A stretch of 64,000 nt of DNA, from contig NC_086108.1 in assembly GCF_963921235.1 (NCBI RefSeq), positions 41,046,001 to 41,110,000 on the forward strand, read 5' to 3'. Shown in pieces: positions 13,083-25,099 of this stretch. This DNA comes from Mobula hypostoma. Taxonomy: Eukaryota. Made by a program: the position numbers and the translations under genes. The notes beneath the pieces are model-generated. The model searched no databases. It had not been told where the DNA came from and was given only the letters and a program-made list of their open reading frames with translations. The number at the start of each line of letters is the position of its first letter. Within the stretch, counting starts at the first letter, position 1.

Positions 13083-13910
13083 TCATGCCTGTCCCAAAAG
13101 AGGTCCCAATAATCCATAAATCTGAATACAATCCCCCAGCCACGCATTTATCCTCCACCTCACTCTATTGCTATGCGCACTATCACGTGGCACAGGCAGT
13201 AATCCTGAGATTACTACCTTTGAGGTCCTGCTTCTCAACTTCCTTGCTAACTCCCTGTTGTCTGCTTTCAGCACCTCCTCCCTTTTCCTACCTATGTCAC
13301 TCGTACCAATATGTACCATGATCTCTGGCTGTTCATCTTCTCACTTCAGAATATCATGGATGCGATCAGAAACATCGTGGACCCTGGCACATGGGAGACA
13401 AACTACCATCCATGTTTCTTTTCTGCATCCACAGAATCACCAATCTGACCACCTAACTATAGAGTCCCCTATCACTGCTGCCATTCTCTTCCTTTCCCTA
13501 CCCTTCTGAGCCACAGGGTCAGACTCTATGTCAGAGGCGCAGCCACTGTTGCTTCCCCCTGGTAGGTCGACCCCCCCAACAGTACTCAAACAGGAATACT
13601 TATTGTTAAGGGGGACAGCCACTGAGGTACTCCCTAGCATCTGACTCTTGCCCTTCCCTCTCCTGACTGTTACCCACTTATCTATCACGCCAGGTCTTGG
13701 TGTGACTACATGCCTATAGTTCCTCTCTATCACCTCCTCACTTTCCCTGACCAGACGAAGGTCATCGAACTGCAGCTCCAGTTCCCTAACACCGGTCACT
13801 AAGGAGCTGCAGCTCAATGCACCTGGCACAGGTGTGGCCATCTAGGAGATTGGGATTCTCCCGGATATCCCACATCTGATACCCAGTATAGAACACCGGC
13901 CTCACAGACA
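13083..13910 (-). pseudogene. CR1 ORF1 (Cys-rich N-terminus plus SGNH esterase), frameshifted
   Basis: HTCARC, VRELELQFDDLR, VIGDSIVR and VHIGTSDIG motifs spread over several frames. Confidence 0.85.
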
Positions 13911-14025
13911 TACTTTCTATTTCTTGCAAGTAGCTTACCTCGCCTCGACCCATTATTGCCGAAGCCCCGTTGAACCAAAGCACTCCTACTCTGTCTCCCT
14001 CTGCTCCAGCTCCCACTCTATAAAG

Positions 14026-14273
14026 CTGTCTTCTTTTAAATCCTTCCCACCGGTCTAATTCGCTGACGTCCACATGCTTGCACAGTCGTACCTCCATCAA
14101 ACCTCTGAGGAAAAACCTATCTTCTTTTATATCCTTCTTGCTGGTTTAACTCACTGACATTAACGCACTTGTGCAGTCATGCCTCGATCAAACCTTTGAG
14201 GAAAAAACTGTCTTCTTTTATATCCTTCCCACCGGTCTAACTTGCTGACATCCATGTGCAGTTGTGCCTCGAT
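14026..14273 (-). repeat. ~2.7 tandem 91-bp monomers in the CR1 5'UTR
   Basis: Units begin ct(g/a)tcttctttta at 14026, 14117 and 14208. Confidence 0.9.
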
Positions 14274-14475
14274 CATCTCGAATGTCCTGGAATGGAAAAC
14301 CACATCCTGGGAACAGAGGCAGGGGAGGCAAAGGAACTGAGAAAAGGAAATAGTGTTTTTACAGGAGACAAGGTGGGAAGAAGTATAGTCAAGTTAACCA
14401 TGAGAATCAGCAGGTTTATAAAAGATGTCAGCTGAGAGTTTGTCTCCAGAGATGGAAGACAGAGAGATTTGAGAC
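14274..14475 (-). mobile_element. Penelope-like element, continuation of 7661-8670
   Basis: gaaggagga|catctcgaatgtcctgg rejoins across the CR1 and matches the PLE RT region near 15430-15460. Confidence 0.85.
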
Positions 14476-14609
14476 TTTCTTGAGTGGGTTGGTGACTTTC
14501 AGCCTAACAGAGAGAAGAGTAGAATAATGAAAATTAAAACAAAAGATTGTGACAGTTACAGCAAAGTGATATATTGAGCCACCAGACCAGTAAACAAGTC
14601 TACATTTTC

Positions 14610-16510
14610 AAAATGTTTGATGGACTCAGCAGATCAGACAGCATCTATAGAAATTAATAAACGGTCATGGCCAGGGAATTGAATCTAAGTGTCTGGGTAG
14701 ACTCATAGTTTCTGCTTGCTCCTGCCCCCTGAACTCATGTTCACATACCTTGACTCCATTTTATCCTCCTTGATTCAGTTCTTTCCCATCCATGTCCACA
14801 ACATTTCTCACCCTCTCAATCTCCTCAACAACTTGCATTTCCCTAGCCCTGATCGCCTCATCTTCACCATGGTTGTTCAGTCCCTACACGCTTTTATTCC
14901 CCCATCAAGAAAGTCTTAAAGACCTCTGCTTCTTTCCTGACAACAGACCCGAATATTTCCATTCCACTACCACTCTCCTCTGTCTGGCAGATCAGGGCTT
15001 CACTCTCAACAACTTCTCTTTTGCCTTTTCTCCCTTTCTCCAAACTCATGTAGCCATGGGGACCAGCTATGGTTGACCTTCCATTGGCTATGTGGAACGG
15101 TCCATGTTCCAAGCATTCCTTGGTGATGTTCCCCAAAACTTTCTGTGCTGCACCAGTGCTGAGCTCGTCAATTTCATTGACTTTGCCTCCAACTTCCACC
15201 CTGACCTTAAAATCACTTAGTCTATTTCTGACACCTCTCTTCCCTTTCTTAATTTCTCTGTTGGCATCACTGGAGACAAATTGTCTGCCATTAACTCGTA
15301 TAAACTGACTAATTCCGACAGCTATCTTGACCATACCTTTTCCCATTCTGTCTCCTGTAAAAGTACCATTTCTTTTTTTCAGTTCCTTTGTCTCCACTGC
15401 ATCTGTTCCTTTCCAGTATGAGGCTTTCCTTTCCAGGACATCTGAGGTGTCCTCCTTCTTCAAAGAGCAGGATCTACCTTCCTCCATTATTGATGTTGCG
15501 CCCACCTTCATCTCCTCCATTTCTCAGACATCCATACTCACCCCATCTTCCCGTCATCTTAACAGGGATAGCGTTCCTCTTTTCCTCACCTACCTCCCCA
15601 TGAGCCTTTGCATCTAGCATATCATTCTCTGCAACTTCTGCCATCTTCAACATACCACCAAACTCATCGTTACCTCCCCCTCCACTCTCCTATTTCTGCA
15701 GGGACTGTTCCCTCTGTAAATTCCCTTGACATTTGTCTCTTCACAGTAATCTCCTTCCGGACACTTATCCCTGCAGGAGGCAGAAGTGCTACACCTGCCA
15801 ATTTACCTCCTCCCTCACCTCCATTCCAGGCCCCAAACAGTCCTTCTAGGTCAGGCAACACTTCACCTGCAAATCCACTGGGGTTGTCTACTGTATCCTG
15901 TGTTCCTGATGTGGCCAGCCCTACATTAGTGACATGCAACGTAGATTGGGAGACTACTTTGTCCAGCACCTCAGCTCTATCCACAAAAAATCAGAATATC
16001 CCCGTGGCCAACCATTTTAATTTCAATCCACTTTCCAATTCTGTGATGTCAGTCAATGGCGTCCTCTTCTGCCACAATGAGGCCACTATCAGGTTGGAGG
16101 AACAACACCTTATATTCTGCCTAGGTAGCCAACCTGAACATCAGTTTCTCCAACTTCCACTAATATTTTCCCTGTCCTCCTTTCCTCTTCTTCCTTTCCC
16201 ACTCTAACCTCTTACCTCATCTCTTCACCTCATATAACCTCTTCCTGGTGACCATCCTCATTCCTTTCTCCCATGTTCCACTATCTTCTCCTATCATATA
16301 CTTCCTTCTTCAGCCCTTCGCCGTTCCCACTTATCACCTTCTAGCTTGCTGTGGCATCTTCCCCCTTCCTTTCTTGTCCAGATTAAGGACACTGGCCCGA
16401 AATATCAACTGTTTATTAATTTCCATAGCTGCTGCCTGACTTGATGAATTCCTCTAGTATTTTATGTGTGATGCTCTCGATTTCCAGCATCTGAAGGATC
16501 TCTTGTGTTT
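14610..16510 (+). mobile_element. Penelope-like element (inverted partial pLTR, RT, GIY-YIG, pLTR)
   Basis: RT motifs (FTLNNF, VAMGT); GIY-YIG-like VVYCILCSxCGQPYI at ~15880-15930; TSD aag(t/a)ctacattttc at 14596-14609 and 16511-16524. Confidence 0.92.
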
Positions 16511-16764
16511 AAGACTACATTTTCTCTTCGACTTTTCCCCTGAAATTTACTCTGTAAATCTCTTTTGAAGTACCTTATCAGTGGCGTTTTGAAAATGTGG
16601 ATATGGTTAGTCTGCCATATTCCTATGCAGTTATAATTGCTTCAAATAGTGTGCTTAAATTTATCTTTTTCACGTTCCTTGCCATAAGGAAATATTAAAA
16701 ATCGCACTAATTTTAACCCACATTGGAGCTTGGATTTTTCCTCGCTATAGAACAGCCTGTGTCT

Positions 16765-16865
16765 TGTCGAACAGGAAGCAGCAGGTCGGAGTAGATGAGT
16801 GCTCTGCAGACTGGAGAGAGATTGGAAGTGGTACAGTACAGGGTCTCAGTGCAGGCTCTGGTGGT
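16765..16865 (+). mobile_element. Ancient CR1 RT sliver
   Basis: Translates LSNRKQQVGVDECSADWREIGSG, similar to the CR1 RT segment LxxRKQRVxVxGxxSDW. Confidence 0.5.
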
Positions 16866-18276
16866 CTATCTAGAGGACTTCATCTTAGCATGTAGACAAC
16901 TAGTAGAAATCTGTTTGCAACAATTGCATTAGCTATTGATTGATGCTAATCATTGCCGGAGAAATTGTGCACGAGAAATAATATGGTGATCTAAGCAATT
17001 TTGAAATATTATGTTGAAATTGCTCAGAAGTATGCCAGCTTTGTTTACAAGTCATCTCTAGGCTGCTGTTGACAATTTACAATTATCAGGGTTAACTCAC
17101 AATCATCACCACCTTTTGCTTCTGATTAGCTCTTTACCAGAAAATCAGCTGTCAATACTGAGACCTGAAAAGGATTATTAGCAAATGTCACTGTTGAATG
17201 ACCATGAACTCAAAAATTTTTCACTTTTAATGACAGCCCAGAGAGAACGTAAAACTTTTCTACTGCTGAATATTATACATCCTGTATTATCAGGGCTCCT
17301 GTATTTTGTTCTATTACCACCAGTTATCAACAACTCAAAACTGTCATTGAACAGGAAATGAGGCTTTACGACTTAATTTGTCTTCATTCAATTTACTGTC
17401 TGTTCGTTGGGAGGGAGCGTTTTTGACTCATGGTCACTGATGATTCAAAAGGTGTACTTTTGAAACCCAACTCCACACTGGCCTGTTGTGAACAGATCTG
17501 ACCTCCACCTTTGAATTCTACAGTTCAAAACTGATTCTGAGAAGGATCTGAGCGCGTATTTGTGTAAACTGTGAAGCTGCTGCCATAGAAGACCAACAGC
17601 AGTGCAGAAAGGAAATATGGTTACAGACATGGAAGACGCAGGCACCTTGTAGCTGTTACATTATCAAATGACCTGTGAATCTTTCCACTATCTTATTCTA
17701 AGTTCCAAGTGAGAGCATGAATATGAAAATAACAATTGCCTGGATATTTCAATCATCCTCATCAGTATCTCATAAATGCCCCAACAGTGACTGACTCATT
17801 GAACCCATGTCCTTTCTGAAATGCCTCAGGCCATGAAACAAGTCCAACAGTATCAAATCAATCTTTGCCTTTTGTCACTAATCAACAGGAGGCCTGAGGA
17901 ATATTGCGTTCCAGATTTTAGCAGTTGTTTCAGCAAGCCTCTTCCTAAACTCCCAGTTAATTCTATCAGTGTACATCCTTAGTTTTATCCTTGTACTCTG
18001 AAGCAATAAAAACACCACTTCCAACAAATTAACAATACACCAGATAGATGATTCTCCTGTTCTTTTTTGGGATTGTAACTCTGGATATCAATTTGCAATT
18101 TATACTGACCCTTGAAATAGTTGATGTATTGGAATGTTTGGTCCATGCTCAATTTGATCATGACAAAAGCAGGGCCTTATCACCTTATCTTGTTTTTCTC
18201 AAACTGCTTCACACCAACATTGATAGTACAATCCTAAAAGAGGAAAATCCAGATTATTTCTGATCAGCCTACACTA

Positions 18277-19536
18277 GAGTAAACATGAGGCTATAAGGCT
18301 AGAACGTGCGGGTGTGAATTGAGATGATGTTTTTGCAGGGAAATGTACTATGGACATGTGGTCGATGTTTAGAGATCTCTTGCGGGATGTAAGGGATAAA
18401 TTTGTCCTGGTGAGGAAGATAAAGAATGGTAGGGTGAAGGAACCATGGGTGACAAGTGAGGTGGAAAATCTAGTCAGGAGGAAGAAGGCAGCATACATGA
18501 GGTTTAGGAAGCAAGGATCAGATGGGTCTATTGAGGAATATAGGGAAGCAAGAAAGGAGCTTAAGAAGGGGCTGAGAAGAGCAAGAAGGGGGCATCAGAA
18601 GGCCTTGGTGAGTAGGGTAGTGGAAAACTCCAAGGCATTCTTCAATTATGTGAAGAAAAAAAGGATGCTAGGAGTGAAGGTAGGACCGATTAGAGATAAA
18701 GGTGGGAAGATGTGCCTGGAGGCTGTGGAAGTGAGCGAGGTCCTCAATGAATACTTCTCTTCGGTATTCACCAATGAGAGGGAACTTGATGATGGTGAGG
18801 ACAATATGAGAGAGGTTGATGTTCTGGAGCATGCTGATATTAAGGGAGAGGAGGTGTTGGAGTTGTTAAAATACATTAGGACAGATAAGTCCCCGGGGCC
18901 TGACAGAATATTCCCCCGGCTGCTCCACGAGGCGAGAGAAGAGATTGCTGAGCCTCTGGCTAGGATCTTTATGTCCTCATTGTCCACGGGAATGGTACCG
19001 GAGGATTGGAGGGAGGCGAATGTTGTTCCCTTGTTCAAAAAAGGTAGTAGGGATAGTCCGGGTAATTATAGACCAGTGAGCCTTACGTCTGTGGTGGGAA
19101 AGCTGTTGGAAAAGATTCTTAGAGATAGGATCTATAGGCATTTAGAGAATCATGGTCTGATCAGGGACAGTCAGCATGGCTTTGTGAAGGGCAGATCGTG
19201 TCTAACAAGCCTGATAGAGTTCTTTGAGGAGGTGACCAGGCATATAGATGAGGGTAGTGCAGTGGATGTGATCTATATGGATTTTAGTAAGGCATTTGAC
19301 AAGGTTCCACAAGGTAGGCTTATTCAGAAAGTTAGAAGGCATGGGATCCAGGAAAGTTTGGCCAGGTGGATTCAGAATTGGCTTGCCTGCAGAAGGCAGA
19401 GGGTGGTGGTGGAGGGAGTACATTCAGATTGGAGGATTGTGACTAGTGGTGTCCCACAAGGATCTGTTCTGGGACCTCTACTTTTCGTGATTTTTATTAA
19501 CGACCTGGATGTAGGGGTAGAAGGGTGGGTTGGCAA
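18277..19536 (+). mobile_element. Young CR1 ORF2 fragment truncated at both ends
   Basis: ORF 18350-19564 is nearly identical to ORF 21008-22942 but stops at VGKF, just before the catalytic ADD. Confidence 0.97.
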
Positions 19537-20899
19537 ATTTTTACAGCCTGGGTCCTGTCTGTGAGGAAGTTGAAGATCCAGCTGCAGATCTGAGTGCTAA
19601 GGCCCAGGTTCCGAAGCTTAGGAATCAGTTTACTTGGAATGATGGTATTAAAGGCAGAGCTGTAGTCAATGAAAAGGAGCCTTCCATATGCGTCTTTATT
19701 CTCCAGGTGTTCTAAGTAGGAATGTAGGGCCAGAGAGATGGCATTTGCCGTTGACCTGTTGCTCCGGTAGGCGAATTGCAAAGCGTCGAGGTTGACCGGT
19801 AGGCTGTGGTTGATGTGTGCCATAATCAATCTCTCGAAGCACTGAATAGCAATTGATGTCAGAGCCTCAGGTCGATAGTCATTCAGGCATGCCACCTTGC
19901 TCTTCTTCAGCACTGGGATTATCGTTGCCTTCTTAAAACACGAGGGGATCTTAGACTGAAGCAAGGAGCAGTTGAAGATGTCAGCAAACACTCCAGCTAG
20001 CTCGCTTGCACAGGCCCGGAGAACCCATCCCAGGACACCAACTGGGCCCGTCGCCTTCCTTGGATTTATCTTCAGAAAGGCCTTTCTAACATCCTCCTCG
20101 GTGATGATGAATCTCGATGCTACCAGGTCCGGTTCATCCGGAGGGAGCGGGATGCTCCTCCTCTGTTCGAATCTTGCGTAGAATACATTTAGTTCATCAG
20201 GAAGAGAAGCGCCACTGTTATTGATATTCCCAGCCTTTTCTTTGCGCCCACTGATCTCATTTAGACCCTGCCATAGTCTACTAGCATCCCTCTGGTTAGC
20301 CTGAGCTTCCAACTTGGCTCGATATTGCCTCTTGGTGCCCTTAATGGCTTTCTGGAGTTCACGCCTGGATTCTGTGTAGCGACTGGTATCCCCAGACCTA
20401 AAAGCCGCAGCTCTAGCCTTTAAAAGGGACTTGACCTCATAATTCATCCAAGGTTTCCGGTTAGGTAATACTCGGATCGTCTTGCGAGACACACAGACCT
20501 CCGTGCATTTCCAAATAAAGTCCGTGACAGCTGGGGTATACTCATCAAGGTTAGCTGCTGAGTCCTTGAATACTAACCAGTCCACCGATTCAAAGCAGGT
20601 CATGGAGGACCTCATCCGTTTCCTCCGTCCAGCGCGACACTACTTTTGACACCATGACCTCCCGCTTCAGTTTCTGTTTGTAAGCCGGGAGGAAGAGTAC
20701 GGCCTCATGGTCTGATTTTCCAAAGTGAGGTCGTGGAACGGAACGGTAGGCATCCTTGACTGCAGTGTAGCAGTGGTCAGGTATATTCGGGCCTCTAGTC
20801 GGGCAGGAGACATGTTGGTATAACTTTTGCAGCGCCTTTCTGAGGTTGGCCTGGTTAAAGTCTCTGGCTGTAATTAGCAAAGCCTCCAGATACCTGGTC
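19537..20899 (-). mobile_element. Rex1/Babar LINE internal fragment (APE end to mid-RT)
   Basis: ORFs 20590-20901 (DFNQANL, GKSDH) and 19497-20615 (LNDYRP, QFAYR, LFIDYSSAFNTI). Confidence 0.95.
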
Positions 20900-21004
20900 A
20901 TTACACATGCAAATTATGAGGTTGCTAACAATTTGCAATAATCTTGCAAAAGACAAATGCAGTGTTTACAGGTTTGTCACAGTCCTTTCATCCAGTGTTG
21001 AGGA

Positions 21005-23010
21005 AGGGTGAAGGAACCATCGGTGACAAGTGAGGTGGAAAATCTAGTCAGGAGGAAGAAGGCAGCATACATGAGGTTTAGGAAGCAAGGATCAGATGGG
21101 TCTATTGAGGAATATAGGGAAGCAAGAAAGGAGCTTAAGAAGGGGCTGAGAAGAGCAAGAAGGGGGCACGAGAAGGCCTTGGCGAGTAGGGTAAAGGAAA
21201 ACACGAAGGCATTCTTCAATTATGTGAAGGAAAAAAGGATGACGGGCGTGAAGGTAGGACCGATTAGAAATAAAGGTGGGGAGATGTGCATGGAGGCAGT
21301 GGAAGTGAGCGAGGTCCTCAATGAATACTTCTCTTCGGTATTCACCAATGAGAGGGAACTTGATGATGGTGAGGACAATATGAGTGAGGTTGATGTTCTG
21401 GAGCATGTTGATATTAAGGGAGAGAAAGTGTTGGAGTTGTTAAAATACATTAGGACGAATAAGTCCCCGGGGCCTGACGGAATATTCCCCAGGCTGCTCC
21501 ACAGGGCGAGGGAAGAGGTTACTGAGCCTCTGGTTAGGATCTTTATGTCCTCATTGGCCACAGGAATGGTACCGGAGGATTGGAGGGAGGCGAAAGTTGT
21601 CCCCTTGTTCAAAAAAGGTAGTAGGGATAGTCCGGGTAATTATAGACCAGTGAGCCTTACGTCTGTGGTGGGAAAGCTGTTGGAAAAGATTCTTAGAGAT
21701 AGGACCTCTGGGCATTTAGAGAATCATGATCTGATCAGGAACAGTCAGCATGGCTTTGTGAAGGGCAGATCGTGTCTAACAAGCCTGATAGAGTTCTTTG
21801 AGGAGGTGACCAGGCATATAGATGAGGGTAGTACAGTGGATGTGATCTATATGGATTTTAGTAAGGCATTTGACAAGGTTCCACATGGTAGGCTTATTCA
21901 GAAAGTCAGAAGGCATGGGATCCAGGGAAGTTTGGCCAGGTGGATTCAGAATTGGCTTGCCTGCAGAAAGCAGAGGGTCGTGGTGGAGGGAGTACATTCA
22001 GATTGGAGGATTGTGACTAGTGGTGTCCCACAAGGATCTGTTCTGGGACCTCTACTTTTCGTGATTTTTATTAACGACCTGGATGTGGGGGTAGAAGGGT
22101 GGGTTGGCAAGTTTGCAGACGACACAAAGGTTGGTGGTGTTGTAGATACTGTAGAGGATTGTCAAAGATTGCAGAGAGACATTGATAGGATGCAGAAGTG
22201 GGCTGAGAAGTGGCAGATGGAGTTCAACCCGGAGAAGTGTGAGGTGGTACACTTTGGAAGGACAAACTCCAAGGCAGAGTACAAAGTAAATGGCAGGATA
22301 CTTGGTAGTGTGGAGGAGCAGAGGGATCTGGGGGTACATGTCCACAGATCCCTGAAAGTTGCCTCGCAGGTGGATAGGGTAGTTAAGAAAGCTTATGGGG
22401 CGTTAGCTTTCATAGGTCGAGGGATAGAGTTTAAGAGTTGCGATGTAATGATGCAGCTCTATAAAACTGTGGTTAGGCCACACTTGGAGTACTGTGTCCA
22501 GTTCTGGTCGCCTCATTATATGATGGATGTGGAAGCATTGGAAAGGGTACAGAGGAGATTTACCAGGATGCTTCCTGGTTTAGACAATATGCATTATGAT
22601 CAGAGGTTAAGGGAGCTAGGGCTTTACTCTTTGGAGAGAAGGAGGATGAGAGGAGACATGATAGAGGTGTACAAGATAATAAGAGGAATAGATAGAGTCG
22701 ATAGCCAGCGCCTCTTCCCCATGGCACCACTGCTCAATACAAGAGGACATGGCTTTAAGGTAAGGGGTGGGAAGTTCAAGGGGGATATCAGAGGAAGGTT
22801 TTTTACTCAGAGAGTGGTTGGTGCGTGGAATGCACTGCCTGAGTCAGTGGTGGAGGCAGATACACTAGTGAAGTTTAAGAGACTACTAGACAGGCATACG
22901 GAGGACTCTAAGGTGGGAGCTTATATGGGAGGCAGGGTTTGAGTGTCGGCACAACATTGTGGGCCGAAGGGCCTGTACTGTGCTGTACTATTCTATGTTC
23001 TATGTTCTAT
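21005..23010 (+). mobile_element. Young 5'-truncated CR1 LINE with intact 3' end
   Basis: Open RT ORF followed by 3'UTR and (ttctatg)n tail ending at 23010. Confidence 0.98.
21008..22942 (+). CDS. CR1 ORF2 reverse transcriptase (644-aa open frame, endonuclease domain missing)
   Basis: [39 protein letters not shown] and HLEYCVQFWSP with no stop codons; expression not shown. Confidence 0.8.
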   Translation: MKEPSVTSEVENLVRRKKAAYMRFRKQGSDGSIEEYREARKELKKGLRRARRGHEKALASRVKENTKAFFNYVKEKRMTGVKVGPIRNKGGEMCMEAVEVSEVLNEYFSSVFTNERELDDGEDNMSEVDVLEHVDIKGEKVLELLKYIRTNKSPGPDGIFPRLLHRAREEVTEPLVRIFMSSLATGMVPEDWREAKVVPLFKKGSRDSPGNYRPVSLTSVVGKLLEKILRDRTSGHLENHDLIRNSQHGFVKGRSCLTSLIEFFEEVTRHIDEGSTVDVIYMDFSKAFDKVPHGRLIQKVRRHGIQGSLARWIQNWLACRKQRVVVEGVHSDWRIVTSGVPQGSVLGPLLFVIFINDLDVGVEGWVGKFADDTKVGGVVDTVEDCQRLQRDIDRMQKWAEKWQMEFNPEKCEVVHFGRTNSKAEYKVNGRILGSVEEQRDLGVHVHRSLKVASQVDRVVKKAYGALAFIGRGIEFKSCDVMMQLYKTVVRPHLEYCVQFWSPHYMMDVEALERVQRRFTRMLPGLDNMHYDQRLRELGLYSLERRRMRGDMIEVYKIIRGIDRVDSQRLFPMAPLLNTRGHGFKVRGGKFKGDIRGRFFTQRVVGAWNALPESVVEADTLVKFKRLLDRHTEDSKVGAYMGGRV

Positions 23011-23560
23011 ACAGTAATTAACCCACATTGGAATCAGTCAGTGGGGTTTTATATTATAACTGGATTCAAAAAGAAGAGAATCATGTTGAAATGTGATGGA
23101 TATCTTTCATACTGATGAGCACCAGATTCATCCAAGCGTATTTTCATAAAACAGGTACATTTGATTTACAAATTGCATACATTATAATAAAAACCAGGAG
23201 AAGCATCTGGATTTGTTTTATTTTCCAATCCAGTCTAGATCATCTGATCCTTGGATAAATTAAGTTCAAGAATTTGTTTCTAGTATGTACTCCAAAGAAA
23301 ATAATAGTGGACATTATGGGAAAAGGGTATGCACACGTACACATGCATAAAAATCCAATGCAGTACATTTTGTGCTTTTTGAGTCTTCTGTATTCCACAT
23401 TTCAGCTAAACTGAGGAGCAAGCTACAAAACTGCTGCGTAGATTTCAGGAGACATAAGTCAGTATATTGCCACTTGTTTACATGTGTGAGTAGACATAAC
23501 CTTGCTCTTCTCTCTCTTGCCCTCCTCTTACCCAAGAAATGGGCCTAGCAAGGTAATGAG

Positions 23561-23688
23561 CACAAGAGATTCTGCAGATGCTGGAAACCCACACACAAAA
23601 TGGTGGAGGAACTCAGCAAGTCAGGCAGCATCTATAGAAAGGAATGAAGAGTGGCCGTTTCAGACTGAGGCACTTCATTAGCACTGGA
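23561..23688 (-). mobile_element. PLE pLTR stub
   Basis: ctgcagatgctgga...actcagcaagtcaggcagcatctat, plus a degenerate hammerhead. Confidence 0.8.
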
Positions 23689-23779
23689 TCAAGATAATGA
23701 TCATGCCAGACTCGAAACACATTCTTCACATGGAGCCAGCCAGAAACAACTGCAAACATTCATAAATAGCAGAGAAGTC

Positions 23780-24760
23780 AGATGACAAGCATTAGAGAAT
23801 GCACCCTGGAATTGTTGAAGGCAAGGCATGTTTAACTCGGTAGATTGATTTTTTTTTTGTTGAAGTCAAAGGGAGTGTTGATGAGGGCAATGCAATTGAT
23901 AGGATATATATGAGCTTCCAAAATGGCTTTGATGTAGTGCCACATCATGTGGTTTTCATTATGAATGAAGTTTAAGGGGTTATAACTGTATGGCTAGAAA
24001 CTTGGCAAGGAAATAGGAAACTGAAAGCAGGAGTGAAAGACTGCTTTTCAGTGGACCATGGAGTTCCATAGGGGATGGTACCGGCAATGCAGCTTTTCTT
24101 AATAAATATTAACAATGATCTAGTTAAATAATTCCAAATTTGTTGAAGATTTGTGAGACAAATAGTAGCAGAGGTATAGACAGGGTGATGCAAAAGGTAA
24201 CAAAATGGCAAATAACATTTAGTAAAAAGTATGCAAAGTGAATAAGAAGATAAATTTTAAACTGGAAGCCACTGTATCATTGTGTCCAATTCTGAGGGTC
24301 ATGCCTCATCAAAGATGTGAAGTCCCTAAAGAGAGTAAAGAAGAGATTTCCTAAATTGATCTCAGGAATGAGGGACTTTAATGGTGGAACTAGGCCATAA
24401 AGAGGGGATAGTTCTCCTTGGAACAGAGATCTGAGAGGGGCATTTATCAACATGCATAAGTAAAGAGAAAGGGCTGCCTTGGGTACAAGTGTCAAGGACT
24501 AAGGAACATAAAGTAAAATTGACTGGTAAAGGAAACAAAATAGGCATGAGGAAATACTTTTTAATGAACTGAAGACTAGGGTCTGGACAGCACTGCTTGG
24601 GAAAGGGTGGAAACAGGATCCTTTTCAATTGTTAGGCGATTGATGGCAATCTGAAAGGGCAGAACATGGGGGCCATGAAGAGAGAATGGGGAAGTTGGAC
24701 TAACCGGATTGCTCCTGCATGAGGTGGTACTGTTGAATGAGCTACTTCTATGATTCTGTG
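23780..24760 (+). mobile_element. Old, highly decayed CR1 RT/3' fragment
   Basis: gttgatgagggcaatgcaattgat, tgtgtccaattctga and agagtaaagaagagatttc are colinear with CR1 RT. Confidence 0.7.
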
Positions 24761-25099
24761 AGATGATTCAACTACTAAAATGCAATCTGAGATGATCATA
24801 TGTTCTGTTTAGAGGCAATAGATCTCACCATATCTCTGCCCACTGTTCCTCCTCCTCCTCTGACAAACCCCTGTTTTTAAAGAGAATAAAGAATGGAAAG
24901 AAGTTTTCAAAATTGTATTGTTCTCATGTGATTCATAGTGAATATGTCAGAAGCAGCATAAAATAAGCTTTATATATACACTTTATTCTCAGTGTCATGT
25001 GGGAACATAGAGATGCAGACTTAAAGGAAAATTTTGCTTCTGTGGAAAATTTGAACTTAAAAAATTGGTAGCTCTTTCTCAGTAAATGTGAAGGCTTTT

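Larger units (their letters stand above)
8671..14273 (-). mobile_element. Near-full-length decayed CR1 LINE (5'UTR, ORF1, ORF2) inserted in a PLE
   Basis: Minus ORFs: VIGDSIVR/VHIGTSD (ORF1 esterase), YFNARSI...AITETW (APE), [25 protein letters not shown] (RT); tail repeat atagaaacatagaa at 8672. Confidence 0.95.

Noticed and set aside
14026..14273. Regularly spaced repeats as a CRISPR array
   Set aside because: Whole units repeat with no unique spacers, there are no cas genes, and they lie in a LINE 5'UTR.
18646..21997. Recurrent antisense ORFs (18646-19038, 21220-21612 and others)
   Set aside because: Shadow frames of CR1 ORF2 that recur only because the element is repeated.
18350..22942. 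RT ORFs near hairpins as a retron, DGR or other prokaryotic RT system
   Set aside because: The motifs, APE/esterase context and tandem tails identify vertebrate CR1 and Rex1 LINEs; there is no operon-like structure.
23406..23485. Candidate 80-bp exon (ttcag...gtgagt) with one open frame
   Set aside because: The peptide is not recognisable and no partner exons can be supported.
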